Shown: one piece after another, positions 51,301-63,312 of the stretch | Layout: each line of letters starts with the position of its first letter | Numbering within the stretch: the first letter of the stretch is position 1 | Assembly: GCA_047495785.1 (NCBI GenBank) | Contig: JBLDXI010000007.1 | Span: 3,534,001-3,598,000, forward strand | DNA: 64,000 bases | From: Lepidodermella squamata | Taxonomy: Eukaryota; Animalia; Gastrotricha | Direction: 5' to 3' | The notes under the pieces: model-generated | The model's database searches: none | What the model was told of the DNA's origin: nothing | Seen by the model: only the letters and a program-made list of their open reading frames with translations | Position numbers and translations under genes: made by a program

Positions 51301-51329
51301 GTGGATGCTCAAAGCGCAGCCGCAAATAA
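42349..51329 (+). CDS. Astacin-family (M12A) metalloprotease 1: protease + EGF + CUB-like + kringle + Cys-rich + C-terminal chitin-binding-like module (start codon not determined)
   Basis: Spliced zinc motif HEIGHAFGL|SHEVNRPDRD, Met-turn YDFESIMHP, EGF-like CGNGYLD..CVCAGGY, and kringle GYDYQG..CVPW..CRNP...PFCY. C-terminal CPTGFDFELRTCGC. Colinear with paralog 2. Confidence 0.8.
45204..50678. mobile_element. ~5.5-kb non-autonomous TIR element in an astacin intron, superfamily unassigned
   Basis: TIR TATCGTTCTTG(A/T)CGCGCAATATTTGAATT at both ends, flanked by TA. It has many internal direct and inverted repeats and no ORF over 100 aa. The equivalent intron in paralog 2 is only ~80 nt. Confidence 0.8.
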
Positions 51330-52929
51330 GCCAAAACATCTCTAAAATTCATTAATGGCAAACTTCTCAAACTGACTAAACAAAGAGCGGACTTATTATA
51401 TGGATGTTATAATCTTTGAAATCTTCACATATTATTTATTGTACCATAAAACCCAGCGTTACTACATTTCCATAATGGAAACTTTACCCCCTTCAGTTCT
51501 CAAACGATGCTTGTCACTTTGCCTCTACATTACTGTATTACCAATACACACTGATTACAAATATTCCAGAAAATAAAACAACAATTCAAGGCTTGATTTT
51601 GCTCCAAAATATTATCTAAATTATTTACTTTCAGCTTCTATGTTATTATTCATACCTAATGAGTATCAGGTTCAATTTCAATTCAAGCTCGGTCTATTGA
51701 TTTAATTGGAAAAAGTGACCCTAGCCTTAAAACCGTTCATGCAGTTTCGAAAAGCTGGTCCAGCTTCTAAATATGGTCAAACGCCAACAATGAATAACTG
51801 CACCTCTTCGAAATGAGATCAAGATGGAGCCTGGAATGTTGCTACCAGCGAGAAAACGACTGGAAAGACAAGGATTCTCAGCTAGTCGTTACCAGTCGGG
51901 TCAGAATTTTAAACACGGAATCAATTGATAAACCAATCTCTAAATTTTGAGCTCATTGGCGTGGTCTTTTCTGGTCTGACCGGGTCTAAATATTAGTGGA
52001 AAAAATGGTCGCCAATAATTTACCACCATTTTTTATGGTTCATTCATTTTCTTGTGTGATAATTTATTTTTGTGGAATTTCGAAACCAGTTTTCGAATTG
52101 TAGCTCTAGGAGATTACGAATCTACCAAAAGCTGGGTGTGGACGTATCACGTTTTCGGCACTTTTCCAACTAGAACATGGCAAAAAGTGGATGTCATTGA
52201 AATCAAAATATTGTCATTGACATTGTTATGGACAATACGGCTCCGTTGTGCATTATGTATTTTGATATCTAAAATTGTCTTCTCACGGAAAAAAAATAAA
52301 AATGATCTTGAAAGGACAACGAAAATTGTCGTCGAATAAAGTAGATCACCTTAATTGTGGAATAAAACAGGACTACCTAGAGAAAGTTCGGCTGACCTAG
52401 ATAAAATCATGTTCAGGCTCATTTGTTGGTCATTCAAAAAATGGCGAGGTTCAATATTTTAATGCTATCAAATGAGATCGTCTGCAATATAATAGTGTTT
52501 GTGATTTGCCTTTAGGGCCCGCAAACAGTGTTGGTGTTTCGATTTTGAACCACTGCACCCTTGTTCGAGATTTCATTGGTTTTTTTGCGACAGTCTAAAT
52601 TTGATAACTTATTGTTTTATTTCTAATTTAATGCTTTCTTCCAGTATTTAACAATAAGTTAGTTCTCTTGGGTTTATGCCAATATTTTTTGGCCAAGCTG
52701 TGGCCAGCTAAACTAACATAGGAGAGTATTCGCAGTACTACGATTTCGAAAAATCCCAGAAATGTAATTTCAATGATAACTCTCAATTGTTTAGGTTTAT
52801 GATGCGATGATTCATTCCTTGATAAATTTCGGCCTTGTCTTTCTGACCTCATTTCTGCCACCATGTCACAGCGACGAGGTTTGTTAGGGATCAGCATGAT
52901 ATAGGTTAATTATTATCAATATTTTTCAG

Positions 52930-55900
52930 GTTACAAAATCATGGCCGAATCCGATATTTTTCTCTATTGCTCCAGGTTAGATTTTTTTGGCGTCTCGCCT
53001 GGTGAGTTACATTAATTATTGATCTAATGAAAGGATTCACTTCGGCTCAACGGCAGAGCATTGGAAAGGCTATTTCTATGTGGAGTGTTAGCTGTGTGAA
53101 ATTCCAGGAAAGGGAGACCTTGGTTCAGGGTGAAAGCGGCTTAAAGTTCACGCTGTCACCCACTGGGTAAGCCTGCCTTCTTATTTGCTAGTTACGCTTC
53201 TGAATTGTTTCTTTCTAGTAACTGCTTCTCAAGGACCGGGAAACAAGTTTCGAGTGGATTTCAAGAAATCAAGTTAACTCCAGCGTGCATAGATGTGAGT
53301 TGGATGTCGTTAGTTGCAAGTTTGATAGGAAATTAGTACAGGAGAATGGAGAAGCATGTCCTAACTTGAGTTTTTCTGCCAATAGACTGCTGGCGATATC
53401 GCCCACGAAATCGGACATGCATTCGGCATGGTGAGTAACTCGCAATTTATCTGTCTTCTTCAATTGAAATTGACTTTGATCTCGCGTTTTACAGATTGAC
53501 GAAATCAATCGTCCTGATAGTCAACAATTTGTAACTTTCGATTTGACTTCAGTCTCTCGGTATTTATTCTTGCTTTTAACCACGTTCCTATTCGAAATCT
53601 TCATATTGTTTATCTCTTACAGGGCTGATAAAATGAAATTTAACGTCTCGTCGACCTCTTGGTCGTACGGCGCTTACGATTTCGAGTCAATCATGCACCC
53701 ACCTGCCAACTATTTGAGCTCGTTGGATACAAAGCAGACTATATGGCCGCGAGATATGACTTGGATGTCAGTCATGGGACAGCGGAGTCGCATTTCAGTT
53801 TTGGATGGTATCAAAGTGACTCGATTTCTGAACAAATGCCACGGTTAAATTTGCTGCCATGTTACAGATGATCACTACATTTTCATTATTTATCAGCTGA
53901 TGTTAAGATAATTTGTGGCAATGGTTTTCTCGACTCGACGGGACGCAGTTGCAGATGTGCCAGTGGCTTCCAATGGTTTGCCAAGGAAGGCTGTGCGCCA
54001 GCTTCTGTGAATGACTTCGCCAAATGTGGACCGCTGAGCGAGATTAAAGTTGCCGAATGCTCAAGAGGATACATCGATTTGCCGACTGTGTCGACGAGCT
54101 GCCTTTGGCAAGTGACATCGGTATAATTTTCAATTGTTGCTTGAATTTTCGGTCGGCTGGATTTTTTGTATCTTTCCGAATGTAAATTGCAATAACATTT
54201 GTGTGATATTATCCATCAGGATGGATCAACGATAGGAGGACAGATTTTTGGATTCGATTCAAAACCGTTCAGAACTGACGCTGATGCATGCGATTACGGA
54301 CGTATGCCTAGTTTAAAAAGAGTAATTATAGTTGTCAACCATACATTGCTTAGCGACTTCGACGCTTTGCGAGGACACGGATTACGTTGAGATATTCGAT
54401 GGAAATTCGCTATCGAGAAGAAGGTTTTTCGTTTTCATACACGCATCTGTCACATCGTCGTTTTTTCCCGCAGATTTTGCGAATGCAGTGTCACTGCGGG
54501 CCGAATTTTCACGACCACAGTCAACAGCACTATGGTTTACTTCAAAAAAACTTCTAGTGGCATGGCGAAGCCTACACGGCTCTACTTCTACGCAACTTGC
54601 GACAATGCCACGCCAACCTCGATCGGCTTTAATTGTAAAATTACTCCGAAAGGCTACGACTATCAAGGCAAACTAACGGCGAAGCCGGGGAAATGCATTT
54701 CTTGGAGTCAAGTCAAGAATTTCCGTTCATACGACCTGCCGCTTGGTAGATTCGAACCGTCGGCGAATACTTGCCGAAATCCGCTATCGTTTTCCGAACC
54801 CTACTGCTACCTCAAGAATGGTCCTACTGCGCCCTGTGATTCGATACCCATGTGTCGTAAGCTTTTCATTCAATAATCGAAATTCTGCTCATCTCAAATC
54901 ACAGAGCCTGTCTACCGATGCATTTCCACTGAGCGCAGAGAGTTTCTTGGTTGCTCGCCGTCTTGCCCAACGCTATCTGTCCCGGTAAAGTCTTTAAATT
55001 ATTTTTCTTCTCGTTGTCGATGCTGCTCTATTTTAGCTCACTTCTTTCACTTCAAGCGAACCATTGCGCTATATCGATCCAACTTTGTGTCAAACGGGGG
55101 TGAATTTTTGCTTATTACCGGCGATATTTTTCAGTGTTTTGAGAACTTATTCAGTTATGCTTACATTTTTCTAATTTCTAGTCCGCTCGATGTTGCTATT
55201 CACTTCTGACTGCTGTATACGAAGTCGGACCTGCTAAGTTCGCATGCGGGTAAGAACAAATTTCAGTACGTTGTGTTAGAATAAGCTGTAGTTATTACGT
55301 CAGTGTTTCATACTAGATCAAAATATTCGCAGACTCCAAACCTTCTCTCTATCGCATAAATCATAACAAGGCACTTCGAACTTGCATTGATAGTCCTCGT
55401 GAAATCTTCAATCGATGTGTTCTTGATGCCAATTCCCCTACCGTTGACTGCGTCAAGAAGGGCGAATCTTGTCCAAATGGAACGGTGAGCTTTTGATTGT
55501 TGCTGTGCCCTGTTTCTGAACAAGGAAGGTTTTTGTTCAGATCGCCGTCGGATCGTTTTCCTCGTTCGCTAATTGCTTTTTAGGCGTAAGGTTTTGTCAA
55601 TTTCGCCGTTGATACCAGTACTAATTTTTAGCATTATAGAAGCTTTTCAAAGCCTGTTCCTCAATCGACAAACGTATTCGGTGCATTGACGCACGCTTGA
55701 ATTGTAGCAAAGATGAAGTTGAGGTAACCGTAACCATCTCATACATCCAACATTTGATATCGCTGAATTACTTAGTCGATCTCACTTTGAAGTACCAATA
55801 CTTGTTTCAATCAGGTCACAACTGATGCCGAGTTACTTTGCCCGTCCGATGGGCAAACCACAACTTCAAGAAACGTGGCTGTAACGTCGCCTGCTACAAC

Positions 55901-56701
55901 TACGATTGATCACGGAAAGAAAGCTGCCGATGCATTCTGCGTCGCGAGCCAAACTTCGCGCAATGCTAAGGATTTGCTCGCAGATCCAGATGAGTGCCAT
56001 CATTACTACCAGTGCTTCTACTATAATGAAACTTCCGCGTTTGGTATCCGGCGTGTATGCCCCGAAGGCACTTCCTGGCGCGAAACCATCCTCTCGTGTG
56101 TGCCTGAGGTCGACCCAGCCCGCCCATGCCACGATCCATGCACCGATGCTACGCTGAACGTTTACTCGGGCGCGCTGCTAGGTTGCCGCACTTACTTCAA
56201 ATGCTTCCATGGTATCTCTTACAGCCAGTGCTGCCCAATAGGTACATTTTCCATTATGTTGAATCGCAGTTAGATGAGTAGGACAGGATGATGTTCAATT
56301 CGCTGTTAAGTTGGACTTTCCGCAAATTCAAAGTCTTAGTGTAGCAGTGTGTAACTTGCATGTAACTTGCAGAATGGTACATTCCAATCTTGTTAGCCAT
56401 CACGTTAGCCTTTTAATTTCCAGGTGAAATGTACAATGACGCAACCGCCAGTTGTGTCAAATCAGATGAGTGCACGGGCAGCTGCACGCAAGTGGGCCCA
56501 CCTATTCCGACCACAGCCGCGCCATCAAGCCGATACAACGAGACAGTGTGCCAAGACTCTTGGGGCTCTTTCATCTCCACTGTACCGGGCAAGGCCAACG
56601 CTTTCTACCTACTTGACGCTGATGGCAACCCAACTGACACCCAGGTGTGCCCGAAAGGTGTCGATTTCGACCTCAATTCTTGCTCTTGCCTAGTTGAGTG
56701 A
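52930..56701 (+). CDS. Astacin-family metalloprotease 2: protease + EGF + CUB-like + kringle + Cys-rich + chitin-binding type-2 (peritrophin-A/CBM14-like) repeats (start codon not determined)
   Basis: HEIGHAFGM|IDEINRPDS, YDFESIMHP, kringle GYDYQG..CISW..CRNP..EPYCY. C-terminal DPDECHHYYQC...CPEGTSW....SC, GCRTYFKC....SQCCPIG..Y.....SC and CPKGVDFDLNSCSC. Confidence 0.82.
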
Positions 56702-57109
56702 TGTGACTATCTCACGAGCTGAAAGTGGCTGATAGATTATTATAGTAATCCTTACTTATCGTTGATATTTCGATGAAATACAACTCAAACCTTTATTTCG
56801 TGACGCCTGTATAGAAGTGACATGGGCAACAAGAATAAAAAAAAAAATTTGGCCATTATGAACTATGAGCGGCGACAGGATCTGATTTAGGTGTTAGTTC
56901 ATCGTCAAATTTTTTAAAGACTTTGCCAAAAAAGCAATTAAATATTTTATTTCAACATCACACAAGATCTGCATCAAGTCCAAATGTTGCGCAAATTCGA
57001 AATTAAATTGTTATAATCAAATATTATCAAACCATGAAACCATCAATCGCCAAGACTACAGGAAAAATTCGAGTGAAGTGGGCTAGCTTTCCGGCTTCAA
57101 TGAGACAGA

Positions 57110-60100
57110 CTAAAATACAACAATAGCTGCATAGAGATTGATGACTAGAAATATGTCGAAGTATATGAAGAAAGCAGCCATGTCAATCGCCCTAGCGTAG
57201 CAAATCTTCTTGCAAAGCCCAATTGTCAAAAATCTCGTCATCAATTGCGGATACTTGACAGACGCTGCGAACATGATTGCCTCATACAGGGTCATGAGCC
57301 CAGTCAACCCGGACAAAATCAGCATATACTCTGCCATGAGGACTGATTCTGTTGTTTCAGGGATGAGATCCAAAACATCGGATTGAAGGACGATGATACT
57401 CAGCAAAAGTGTCCCAGAGAAAGCGGCTCGGTCTGGAACATCCGGCTGGAAGATCAATGAGCCGAAAACTAGCGTGATGATCATCGAACAGGGCGCTAAG
57501 CTGTTGATCAAGTAAGGAACCGGTTGGCGGGCAAATGTGACGGTGAATGTTGCGAAACTCGAGGTGCCGTTTTTCCGCAATAAGGACGTAGTGATACCGT
57601 AGACTGATCGCTGATTTTCCAACGTCCACAGCTCGTCGTCGAGAGAGTCTAAAAAAGTCAATTGGACTCCTGCGAAATTGACAAATTTGTTCGATTCATC
57701 CAGGGCGAATGAAAAATCGCATTGTTGTGTGTCGAAGGGGAATTTTCGCAGTTTCAGCCAGCATTGCGACTTGAAGTAGCCGTATCGCATCCAGTGGAAA
57801 AACAGCGTGCGATTTGGGGTTGTTGGGTAGAAACCCACGAAAATTTGTTCCTTGAAGCCGTTTTCCATGTAAACATCTGTCGTAGCATTCGTGAATCGCA
57901 TGCTTGGCACCCAAAGGTCGTGCCTACTGACCGTGTAGACACGATCAGCTTCGTTCACGTCAGGGGCTGTAGTCTCCCGTGGGCAGGCGGTAACAATCCA
58001 CCGAACTATTAAGCAGCCGGATAAGGATATTTCCCGCGCTTTTGCATCAATTGTATTCAGCCGATCAACCTCGAGGCTCAGGTATATTTTGGTACCAAAA
58101 GCTGGAGACCTACAAATTGCAAAACAGGCGTTAGTTGAGGCTTGGAACATGGAAATTGTACTTTCTGTTCCATAAGCGAAGTAAGATACCTGTTTATTCC
58201 CACTACTTACCTGTTTTCTGTATTAAGTGCCTCGCATGTGTTTAGATCCTCGATTTTCACTAGTGGCCGGATGTTTCCATCGATCAAATACGGAATCGAG
58301 AAATCAGAAGCGTTAGACGCAAAATCATAGCTTCTCGGGCCCGTAGGTATTGGTGTCGTCGATTCAGAGGGCTCAAGGCTCCATACGCGAACGTTTTTCA
58401 CGGTCGCATCTCCACTAGTACCACCCAATCCGTACAGTTGAATGCTAGCATTTCCACTAGATAACTGATTCCCGTTTAAACCGGATACGTTCACATTGTC
58501 TAAGGCAATAACTGATACTGTATCGCCGTAGCCTGGTGAAGGAACGAGAGCGACCTGAACAAGATTGAACTAGTGATTGAATTTCATTTCACACATTTGA
58601 AAGCATACTGTGACTTGATCATTCACGTTTTGAAGAATGACCCGGAAATCGGCTGTACCAGAGCCGTTGAAGATGCTACTGAGCGAATCACTCGCGTAGT
58701 TGTAGTTGAGAGGGATGGTTTTGTTTGATGGGGTAGCATCATAGGCAAGGTACAACTTCCCATCCCCCGCCAGTTGAAGCGACAAATGGAGGCCCTCGTA
58801 GTTGGTCAGTGAATCAGGGCCCACTGCCGACCGTTTCTTACGACCAGCTGTTGCAGTAGCTGAGAGAAAGTTTAGATGCTTTATAGCCTTAAATCCGATA
58901 ACTTACTAATTGTCCCAATCGATTTCGTGATTGCGAGAACCAGGTAGCCTGATGAGCCGTTCACTATATTGAATTTCGAGCTTACCTCGATTTCAGCTCG
59001 AATAGGAACTAGGCCAAAGTTGGCCGGCAGCGGTTCAACCATCCTAGCAGACCCGAGATCTACGTTCGGGTAGGAGTTCAGCACAAGACCTGTATTGTCG
59101 AGACGAGCTCCATATCCAGTGACAAATTTAGCCGTAGCGTTCATCGACGTATTTGAGTCGAACGATAGATGGCTCAAGTATGTTGGCTGTCCAGACCACA
59201 TGTAAGGCAAAGGCAGAGATTGGGTGTCTGGGGTTGAAACCAAATCGCCCAATGGCTTTGCAGTGGTTGAGGTAGTCTGCTGAGTAGTTGAAGCGGTCGT
59301 AGAGCTCGTACTGGTGGTCGTTGGGGTTGTTGTCGTAGTAACTGGAGTCGTAACAACTGTCGTTGTTGGGGTAGTGGTGGTGCTCGTGGTTGTTGTTGAG
59401 CTTGTCGAAACAGTTGGCGTCTTGGTCGTAGTTGCAGTAGACGTAGTAGTGCTGGTTTTCGTGGTGGATGTCGTAGTTGGGGTTGGCGTTGATGTTGTAC
59501 TCGTTGATGTACTTGGTGTGGTGCTGGTCGAGCTTGTCGTAGGCGAAGTTGTTGTACTCGGGATTGGGGTTGTTGAAGGGGTTGTCGTTGTTGGGGTTGT
59601 GGTACTAGTAGAAGTACTCGATACTGTAGTGGTAGGGGTACTGGTCGATGTGCTGGTTGTTGTAGTTGTTGGGGTCGTAGTCGAAGTTGTAGTTGGCGCA
59701 GTGGTTGTCGATGTTGGAGTCGTACTTGTAGTAGTTGTAGGAGTAGGAGTCGTAGTCGTAGTTGTTGTAGTAGTAGTGGTAGAAGTCGTGGCAGTTGTGG
59801 TGCTTGTGCTGTTCGACAATCTCCAGAAATAGAACTTGTAGATGTAAGCTGTCGCTCTCCCAATAGTGGCGTGGGCATTGATGCGTAACTTCACAGTTCC
59901 AGACGCCATGTCCGCATTTATTCCAGTTATATCCACGTTATCAACGCAAACTTGGGCCTGGGTTCCAAATGGCGCCATCGCTACAGTCAGCCTTTCCCCA
60001 TAAACTTGCATGATGAGGCGAAATCTAGCCGACCCTGACGCACCGAAGAGCCCTGTCCCACAGCCAACTGACGAAGTGGCCACTATAGGCGAGCAAGGAA

Positions 60101-60786
60101 GACGGCATTTGCAGTTATTGCAAATGCCCGATGGCGATGACAAAACTTTCATCCGCCCATTATTCATCATTTCTTGGAACACCGCGAAGCCCTTGAATGT
60201 GTCCATAATATCCCATCTCCCATCGCCCCCGGCACCTGTTTTAGAATCATCTGCAGCTTGAAAATTCTAGGCAAATGAACGTACTGTAATCAGGCGACCA
60301 ACTTGAGAAAAACGCAACAAGATGGGCGGGATTTGCGCTAGAGTAGACTGTATCATAATCCACTCTGAAATCCATTTCCGCTCGCCAGTTTTGTGTATTC
60401 GTCGCAAAATACTGAAAATTAATGAAATACTGAGCTCTGACAGCTAAAATATTGAATGCTCACTTCATTAGACGCGATTCGTCCGTAATCTACGCTGCTG
60501 CTCATGCTGGCCAGCCTGTAACTATCGGATAGCTGAGTGCAGTCGTAGTTCATAGCGATTGTAACACTGCTTGCAATGCTCGAGTTAGCCTCGTCAAATG
60601 ACATTCCTGGAACGTAGGTTGTAGGACCCGAGAACATATAGGGCAGTGGAAACGAAGCAGTATCCGGGTTTGGGTTTAGCCCATCTGATAAAAAACAAAT
60701 TTGAATGATTCACTTGTTTTGAAGGATACAAACTTACGGGCAATTTGAACTAGTAACAGAAATGTAATCATATCCCAACAGCGCAT
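57110..60786 (-). CDS. Family member G: signal + D1 + mucin stalk (~185 aa) + D2 + Cys-loop channel
   Basis: MRCWDMITFLLLVQIA, intron, HGLNPNPDTASFPLPYMFSGPTTY. Stalk ~59262-59820. D2 starts PDTQSLPLPYMWSGQPTY. Cys-loop CWLKLRKFPFDTQQC; M2 PDRAAFSGTLLLSIIV. Confidence 0.9.
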
Positions 60787-61743
60787 ACTTGGTTCTGTTC
60801 AAGAATCTGATCTGAGAATGTATGTCGCAGTTTTTATTCAAAATCCAGAGCAACTCTTGGATGATAAAAAGCGTGACGATGGCTGTACCTCGTGCCAAAT
60901 TTAACCGCAGGTGAACCAAGTGATGTCGGCGTAGAAATGCATTAGCACCGCTAAAGCCACTTTCCCAGGCCCCTAGCATCCATTAGGTACTAACGCCAGA
61001 CGATCTTTGTCTGTGAATTATTGCCCCAAAGTCACATGCCTTTTAAAATTCAAATGACGTCATACGGCATCCATCATAATAGCGGCAAATGGCTGTATTC
61101 GAGGTCCATTTCGAAGTGGAGTGGCTTCGCGGCTAAATTTTCCGCGATTCGCACAGTACATCCAGGGTACTAGCGATTATTCAACCCCCTCAGTTTGGCA
61201 ATATCGAAGGATTCACTCAATAAGTAGTGGTTTCCACTTTTGCATGACTTTTGTATGATAAATGCAGCAAGTTCGATTCTCTGAACTTTTGATAGAGATA
61301 AACAACAGTGCATTTGTTTCTCGCTTTTTTAGTTCAAACTTGTGATGTATTTTGATGGCGCGTCTGAGTTGAATTCTATCCCTGATTCTCGAGACAGATA
61401 AGGGCGGCGTTGAACCATCGATGACGAAATAGATCAATCAGCCCCTCCCATTGCACCACAGGGGCGTCAATCAGCCGACGTCGAGGTGTACTTGGTACAA
61501 ACTTGAAGCAGAAAAATAAAATATCGATAATGAATGCAAATGCTTCGAAAAAGTTGACTGAAAGCTTCAAAGTCGCTGTATCTAAGCTCGGGAATCTCTT
61601 AAACGTGTCTATCATTACGCGCAATAATATCATGCTTATTATTGTTTCATTTTAGTTGAAAATGACTGCGAAAGGATTGGCGTGAATTTTCGCTGTAAAC
61701 TCCTAGCAGTCGACGCTACAATGAGGAATGTAAACAAGAAATA

Positions 61744-62845
61744 ATGTTGCAGCTAGGACTACACGTGCTATCGCTTCTTTGCTTGGTCCATGAAACGCAA
61801 TCTCGCTCGCCAGAGGCTTTACTGGATGAGAACTATAAGTTGTGCTTAAATGATACTGTCTCTGATTTAACTGCTCAGAAATATTTCTGCCGGTTCGACA
61901 ATCGCAATCGTCATCCATTGCTAATCCTAGCTCCAGTCAAAGAGGAAATCTTGAGTTTGTACCCACCCATCGTTATCTTGCACGACATTGCCTCAGAGGA
62001 GGACATTCAAGCTTTCATATTGCATGCTGAAGCAAGTTTGAAAGATGCTTTGCTTGCCGCTGCTAGTGAATCCCCGCAATATTCGCTGCGATCGCAAAAA
62101 GTTGCCTGGATAGAAAATTCTCACTTCCCAGGCCTTTCAGCCCGCTTGGAGGCGTACACTGGATTGAATGCTCACAATGACGGTAAAGTCTTGCAAAGAG
62201 CTTCAACTATTTAGACGAGGTAGCTTGTTTTCGAAGGCTGCGAGACCTATCAAGTTGGGCATTACACAGTTGGAGGACGTAGGTTGACTTAATCATCGGG
62301 CGAATTCATGTGCGCTGTCTCTGTTTCAGATTTCAAACCTCATTATGATTATTACATGAAGGACTTCGAATACATGTCACTAGTTGGAAATCGAATCGCG
62401 ACGGTTCTGATATATCTGAATGATGTTGAAGAAGGTGGCGAGACAATCTTCAATAAATTAGGACTCAAGGTTAGACCAAAACGGGGTTCGGCCTTGTTCT
62501 GGTACAACTATCATCGGAATGAAACCCGAGACACTAGAACACGCCATGCGGCTTGCCCCGTTATTAAAGGCGAAAAATGGGTAAGATTTTAAGGGAATTG
62601 CTACTCGGAATCACGACGACTTTGATATTTTTCAGGTTGTTAACAAGTGGTTTATCTGGCGTGGTCAATTATTGCATAAACCTTGTGGTCTGAAACCCGA
62701 AGAACCTTACACTGTCGACGATTCTATCATGACGACTGCAGCTCGCCGGGTTACATTCAACAAAGACTTATTTTTCGCATCAGATTATGAGACTTTGTTT
62801 CTAGAAGGAATTGCAAATTACAGGGCAGGAGACATCGTCTATTGA
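61744..62845 (+). CDS. Prolyl 4-hydroxylase alpha-like 2OG-Fe(II) dioxygenase (short form, signal peptide + catalytic domain)
   Basis: LILAPVKEEILSLYPPIVILHD, YQVGHYTVGG, iron motif PHYD, GNRIATVLIYLNDVEEGGETIF, and TRHAACPVIKGEKW|VVNKW; three short GT-AG introns. Confidence 0.9.
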
Positions 62846-63312
62846 CAATGACTAATGCTTTGCTCTTTTATCTTTGCCCTTCAGTCGCTTAATCAGTCAA
62901 AGGTGTTTATGTAGTTTATTTTTTATTTTTTTGCAGCGTAAACCCATTTAAAAAATCCTTAGTCTTAAGAAGCACGTTTGTTGCATGCGCTATATTGATG
63001 TTTATGTAAGTATTTTGTATAGAGTATTAAAGGATGTAGTAAGGGCATGATATTGTATGTAGCATGAGAATATAAGGCATTCCATTCAACAATAGTGAGA
63101 AAGCGTGGTCAGTATTAAGCTCAGTCATAGCTGCTTCATTACTATCATCGATCAAGCAACGTTCACAGAGAGCAATATTAATCAATTCTGAACCTTACAA
63201 TTAGAGACAATTACAGTTCCTATCACAATGTAAATTGTCACTAGCGAAGAGACTTAATTTTTAAAGCTAGCAAACAGTTCACGAAAATTGATACGATGAG
63301 TCGAGCCTCTCC

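Noticed and set aside
59314-59832. Val-rich ORFs (also 751-1068, 5833-6231, 11783-12232, 20912-21349, 39358-40083) and Leu/Gln/Arg-rich ORFs (761-1084, 59174-59878)
   Set aside because: They are antisense or alternate-frame shadows of the ACN/TCN-rich mucin exons, which naturally lack stops.
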